64,000 nucleotides of DNA. It comes from a virus. The notes beneath the pieces are model-generated. The model had not been told where the DNA came from. It saw nothing but the letters and a program-made list of their open reading frames with translations, and did not search any database. The stretch covers positions 26,787 through 90,786 of the IMG/VR virus record IMGVR_UViG_3300027733_000042, one strand, 5' to 3'. The position numbers were made by a program, and so were the translations under genes. Below are positions 59,494 through 64,000 of this stretch, piece after piece; the first letter of the stretch is position 1, and every line of letters begins with the position of its first letter.

Positions 59494-59910
59494 ATGAAAC
59501 ACACAATTAGAAGAATTCTTCAGCTTCTTGCAATTAAGTGGTTGCGTATCTTTGCACCACGTGATACTAGAGAACCTAGTGCATATGAAAAGGAATGCAT
59601 TGCAGTATGTAAAGCACTTATTTGCCAAGAAGACAGTGTTCTATTAATCTCTCCTATTTCAGGTAAGAGATACATCAAGAGCGATGATAATCAAATATTT
59701 ATTATTATTCAGGCAAGTCAAATAACTATCGTTAATCATAATTATAGTTATAATATCGATATCTGGGGAAAAGCGCTTAGTCGAATTGTAAATATGTTTG
59801 ACCTTGATGTTGAAAAACGCAGAGATGCTATGGAGACTGAAATTAGATCAAATGTGAAACATTCATTAAGTAACATCCATAAAACTCTAACCCGTGCGAC
59901 CGTTCACTAA
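59494..59910 (+). CDS. hypothetical protein
   Basis: ORF after groES; ATG 59494 preferred as start. Confidence 0.7.
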   Translation: MKHTIRRILQLLAIKWLRIFAPRDTREPSAYEKECIAVCKALICQEDSVLLISPISGKRYIKSDDNQIFIIIQASQITIVNHNYSYNIDIWGKALSRIVNMFDLDVEKRRDAMETEIRSNVKHSLSNIHKTLTRATVH

Positions 59911-60178
59911 CCTTTTTTATACAGGAATAACCATTATTAGTATTCCAGTAGGACTTATTATAATTGCGATAGTTGCCGGATTACATAAACCGATTGTTCC
60001 ACTGCCTAAAGAAAAAGTTATCATACCTGCAGTTCTTTCGCAACCTCTGCCAAAGATCATTCATGATACGATTCGACTGGAAGCACCAGTAATTAAACCA
60101 AAGAGAAAAAAGACAAGTGTTGATAGTTTAATAACTCATCGAGATACTGTACCTCGGATATCCGATACTCTTAAATAA
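59894..60178 (+). CDS. membrane-anchored Pro-rich protein with D(S/T)x sequons
   Basis: N-terminal TM helix; DTI, DSL, DTV and DTL motifs. Confidence 0.6.
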   Translation: MRPFTNLFYTGITIISIPVGLIIIAIVAGLHKPIVPLPKEKVIIPAVLSQPLPKIIHDTIRLEAPVIKPKRKKTSVDSLITHRDTVPRISDTLK

Positions 60179-60179
60179 C

Positions 60180-60212
60180 AAAAAAGGAGAAGATAAAATC
60201 TTCTCCTTTTTT
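60180..60212. terminator. bidirectional Rho-independent terminator
   Basis: AAAAAAGGAGAAGAT-AAA-ATCTTCTCCTTTTTT between convergent genes. Confidence 0.9.
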
Positions 60213-60231
60213 GTTTTAATAGGCTTCAGTA

Positions 60232-63204
60232 TTAGAAGCTTGGAATAAATCCTGTAGATTCAGAGCTTAATGAACCTCCAACTCTAGTGATTGTAATTCT
60301 ATTGATAAATTTGTGGATTCCTCGTGGGAAGTCTACTTTAATATCAATAATCGCAGTATTTGCTGAAATCACCTCATTCGTATTGTTTGATGAATCGAAT
60401 GTAATTGTATAAGAACTTAATCCTCTTGCTGAAACAACAGCATCTAAATAGTTTTGAACAATTGTCTTAACTCTCATTCTTGTGATCTCATCGTTAAAAT
60501 CAAATAAGAAGTTGAAAAGGATCTTCTCAATATCTTTTTCGATAGTAGATAAGTTATCACGAACGTGAGCGTTATTTAACGCTGAGTTAATTCGTTGGTA
60601 TGCAGTGTTGTTTGAGAACAATAAGATACCGAATCCTCTACGTTTAACAATTAAGTTATGACCAATTGGTTCTAAGAAATCTCTGTCATCATCAGTTAAG
60701 TCATATTCAATTCCAACTACATCAACATCATTGATTGCTCCACGTTTACCGCCGGCTACAATCAAGAACGGTGTACCATTTTTGAATTTTCTAACATATA
60801 AGTTAGAAATATATCCAGCTGGTGGAACTGAGATGTTTTTGCTTCCGCTTCTTACGATTAAGTTAGGGAAGTTAAACATTGAGTAGGAAGATAATGGAAC
60901 TCCATTTACATCTTCTTCTGCAAATTTGAATAATTGTGTTGGTTGTAATGAAAGATCTCCACCGTCTGCAATAAGTCTTGCCGAAACAAGTTTATTTGAT
61001 GTATCAATAAAGCTTGGATCAACTGATCTTTCGAATTGTTGAATCGATGGTGAATTTAAAATCGCCATAGCTTGACCATTCATTGCAGCAAGTTTAGATA
61101 GGTAATATTTAGAATTGTTTGAAATCTCACCTTCATAAGTATCAACAACATATCTAAAGTCTACAACTTCACCATTTGCAAGAGTTTGTGGAATAGAAGT
61201 ATCAGTAAATAAGTATGATAAGATTCCACTTTGACGATCTCCTGTTCCATTAGGAAGTGATGTATCACGGATTTTAAATCCTTTTACATATTGTCCTTTT
61301 AAAGTAGGTACGAAATTGTAAATACCTTTATAAACTTGAATTGCATTTCCGGTAGTATCTAATCCAATTACTTCATCGGTCGTTGGAGACATTACTGTGA
61401 TTCTATAAGAAGCAATATTTGGCGTTGATAAACTTACTGGAACCTCTGTTCGAACTTCAATAATTTTCAATAAACGAGCACGACCACTAGTCGTTTTAGC
61501 TTTAATATATTGATTAACTTTGATAAATTCATCAAATGTTGCTCTGTTAAGAGTATTGATGCTAACAATTAATCGGTTTGGTTGTAGGATCGTATAATCA
61601 AGGAAATCCGTAGTTAAATCAAATGTGTGTTTGAAATCAGCACCACTTGCTAATATAACTTTAATATATTTACCAAGTGTTCCTAAAATTGGAGTATTTG
61701 CATATGAATTAATATCGTCTTGGTTAATAAATGTATTGTCTTGATATGTAACAAATTTAATATATGGAATAGGAATAGTTCCATTTGCTAAATTATCAGT
61801 AACTTTTACATAATAATTAACAATACCGTCTGTAACAACATCTCCATTTCTTAAGAATCCTTTCATATATGAACTATATAAAGTACTTCCGTGCATTGCC
61901 GCAAGATACGTATCTCCACTTGTTGGAGTAATTTCATATAAATCGCCGTTTGCAACTGGATTAGAGTTAATAAATCCAGCATTAAAGTTAGTTTCTGTAT
62001 CAGCATCAATAAGTTCAAAAACAAGTTCAGAATCCGCCGGGCGAGAATAACTTAGTGTATCAATCAATGGTGTAAAATCCGCAGTTGTTGTATCAGGATT
62101 AAACCCTCCATCATCAGCTGCATATATATCATCTAAATTTAAGTCATCATATCCGTGTCCTACGATATCTACACGATGTGTATGAACGTCTTGATCAGCA
62201 AATGCATCCTCAGTTAAGTCAATTAAGTCTAACTTCTCAACATCAAGTGCACACATAATTCCAGTAGTTGGGAATAGTCTATTTACTAGACGATCAATTG
62301 ATACTGTTAATCCACGTTGATCTTTAAAATCAGGAATTAGAGTTCCAACTGTTCTGCTTATTACTTTGATTTCGCGAAGTGCAAAGAAATCTGCAGATTT
62401 TGAAGATTTCAATCCAGATTCATCAAAGAATTGTTTATAAATTGGGTCTTTTGCAAGTTTTAAATAATTTGTCCAGTCGCCATTAACTATAATTACTTCA
62501 ACGAAATAATCAGAAATAAAATCATCCTTGTGAAGGAATGTTGGAAACTCAATATCTGATCCAGCAATAGTAGAATACCATTCTTTTGCAGTTACATCAA
62601 ATCCAGCAACAGCAGCTTTTCTAACCCAAATTGTAGTATTTGAGTTTCCTAAGTTCACAAAAGATAATACTTTGTTTGAATCAATAGTAGTTGTTCCAAA
62701 TCCACCTGGATTTGTTATAAAATTGTCAAGTAGTGCTAGGTTTTTAGAACGATTGAGTTGTGCAGAATCAGCAAACCATAATCTTCTTCTATTGAAGAAT
62801 TCAACTATTGGATATTGATTAATTACAGTCTCCTGATCATTATTGTTTGATGCAGCTTCAGTGTTGAATGTTGTGAAGTATGCATTGTCTAAGTTTAAGG
62901 TATCACTTGTGTCCAATGGAACTACATTTAGTGCAAATACTGGACCTTCTCTAAGAGCAACTTCGATTGTTCTATGGAAGAAGCTACCAGCTTTTTCTAA
63001 TTTTGGGTCTATTTCACCATACACAGCTTTTAATGTTCTAACATCGCTGACGAGAACTACAGTGTTGAATGGACCAACACGACTAGATCCCACTATAAGT
63101 CTACCAGTGGTAAGAGGAAGTACTACGTTTTCGCTTTGGTCAATTTCGATAGTATAAACACCGCTCGACTTAAAATTATTTAGGTTGATGCTTGATTCGG
63201 CCAT
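60232..63204 (-). CDS. contractile tail sheath protein (T4 gp18-like)
   Basis: SSGVYTIEIDQS, G.SRVGPFNTVV, VPPAGY, AGGKRG, FDFNDEITR and DSSNNTNEVI motifs. Confidence 0.92.
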   Translation of the reverse strand: MAESSINLNNFKSSGVYTIEIDQSENVVLPLTTGRLIVGSSRVGPFNTVVLVSDVRTLKAVYGEIDPKLEKAGSFFHRTIEVALREGPVFALNVVPLDTSDTLNLDNAYFTTFNTEAASNNNDQETVINQYPIVEFFNRRRLWFADSAQLNRSKNLALLDNFITNPGGFGTTTIDSNKVLSFVNLGNSNTTIWVRKAAVAGFDVTAKEWYSTIAGSDIEFPTFLHKDDFISDYFVEVIIVNGDWTNYLKLAKDPIYKQFFDESGLKSSKSADFFALREIKVISRTVGTLIPDFKDQRGLTVSIDRLVNRLFPTTGIMCALDVEKLDLIDLTEDAFADQDVHTHRVDIVGHGYDDLNLDDIYAADDGGFNPDTTTADFTPLIDTLSYSRPADSELVFELIDADTETNFNAGFINSNPVANGDLYEITPTSGDTYLAAMHGSTLYSSYMKGFLRNGDVVTDGIVNYYVKVTDNLANGTIPIPYIKFVTYQDNTFINQDDINSYANTPILGTLGKYIKVILASGADFKHTFDLTTDFLDYTILQPNRLIVSINTLNRATFDEFIKVNQYIKAKTTSGRARLLKIIEVRTEVPVSLSTPNIASYRITVMSPTTDEVIGLDTTGNAIQVYKGIYNFVPTLKGQYVKGFKIRDTSLPNGTGDRQSGILSYLFTDTSIPQTLANGEVVDFRYVVDTYEGEISNNSKYYLSKLAAMNGQAMAILNSPSIQQFERSVDPSFIDTSNKLVSARLIADGGDLSLQPTQLFKFAEEDVNGVPLSSYSMFNFPNLIVRSGSKNISVPPAGYISNLYVRKFKNGTPFLIVAGGKRGAINDVDVVGIEYDLTDDDRDFLEPIGHNLIVKRRGFGILLFSNNTAYQRINSALNNAHVRDNLSTIEKDIEKILFNFLFDFNDEITRMRVKTIVQNYLDAVVSARGLSSYTITFDSSNNTNEVISANTAIIDIKVDFPRGIHKFINRITITRVGGSLSSESTGFIPSF

Positions 63205-63329
63205 TTCTATACAGATATTTTTAATTATTTATCCATATAGATTTTAATAAATCGAAAAAAATACCAAAAATAAAGATCCATGAGGATAGACCAAAGTATA
63301 ATAAATTAAATACTGTTTTGTAAATACAT

Positions 63330-63764
63330 ATGAAAATATCTAAAGTTAGAGACGTAAAAACACCGACCAGAGGCACTTCAAAAGCTGCCGGCATAGATTT
63401 TTATGTTCCGAATGATTTTGAAGAAGTAATTGTCTTTCCAGGCAAGTCGATTCGAATCCTTTCTGGAATCAAAGTACGAGTACCTGAAGGATATGCGCTA
63501 ATCGCATTTAATAAGTCAGGAGTAGCATTGAGTGGATTGGATGTCGGCGCTTGTGTAGTCGATGAAGATTATCAAGGAGAAATGAGTTTACATTTATTTA
63601 ATCCGACGGATCTTAGTATAATAATTAGCCCAGGTAAAAAGCTTCTTCAGATGATTTTGCTTAAAATGAATTATGAAGAGGTTGAAGAAGTTCCATTAGA
63701 AGAACTTTATCCGGAAGTAAGTGAACGCGGAGAAGGCGGATTTGGGTCAACTGGCTTACATTAA
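63330..63764 (+). CDS. dut: dUTPase
   Basis: AAGIDF, KSG, VVDEDYQGE, LQ and RGEGGFGSTG motifs. Confidence 0.96.
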   Translation: MKISKVRDVKTPTRGTSKAAGIDFYVPNDFEEVIVFPGKSIRILSGIKVRVPEGYALIAFNKSGVALSGLDVGACVVDEDYQGEMSLHLFNPTDLSIIISPGKKLLQMILLKMNYEEVEEVPLEELYPEVSERGEGGFGSTGLH

Positions 63765-63781
63765 TTAAAAAAATCATAAAT

Positions 63782-64000
63782 ATGGACGTAGTACCAGGTG
63801 GAGGAGAAGCTCCAAAATTAAACATTAAGCTTGAAGATGCACCTTACATTGAATGTGAGGCGTGTCAGCATACCGTTTTCGAAGAGAAGATGATGATTAA
63901 AAAAGTATCTAAGTTTTTAACAGGAGGTGCACAAGATTCAATCGTTCCTATCCAGGTAATTGCTTGTGCAAAATGCGGTAATGTAAACGAACTATTTAAA
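63782..64000 (+). CDS. partial zinc-ribbon protein
   Basis: MDVVPGG...CEAC...CAKCG; open to the window end. Confidence 0.7.
   Translation, partial: MDVVPGGGEAPKLNIKLEDAPYIECEACQHTVFEEKMMIKKVSKFLTGGAQDSIVPIQVIACAKCGNVNELFK

Overview
This AT-rich, gene-dense 64 kb window looks like part of a large T4-like (myovirus, probably jumbo) phage genome using the standard genetic code. The host is probably a Bacteroidetes: there are no Shine-Dalgarno motifs, leaders are A-rich, and the window encodes an Hc1-type histone-like protein and exported proteins with D-(S/T)-x glycosylation sequons. It holds packaging and virion genes (terminase small and large subunits; gp6-, gp26/gp51-, gp3-, gp14- and gp15-like proteins; tail sheath; two fibre proteins; several giant structural ORFs). 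It also holds two sigma factors (ECF-like and gp55-like), DNA metabolism genes (gp32 SSB, RNase H/FEN, RuvC-like, UvsE, two exonucleases, dUTPase), GroEL, GroES, a ribosomal protein S1 homologue and a tmRNA. The main leads are: (i) late proteins with T4-like capsid-targeting peptides, two of them paralogous HExxH zinc proteases and so candidate injected effectors; (ii) a tmRNA with a long, non-canonical tag that shares an AAAC-N17/18-TAnAA promoter class with S1, the H1-like gene and SSB; (iii) an apparently catalytically dead amidoligase under a late promoter; (iv) a possible frameshift joining the gp26- and gp51-like genes. All calls come from reading motifs by eye; no database searches were run.
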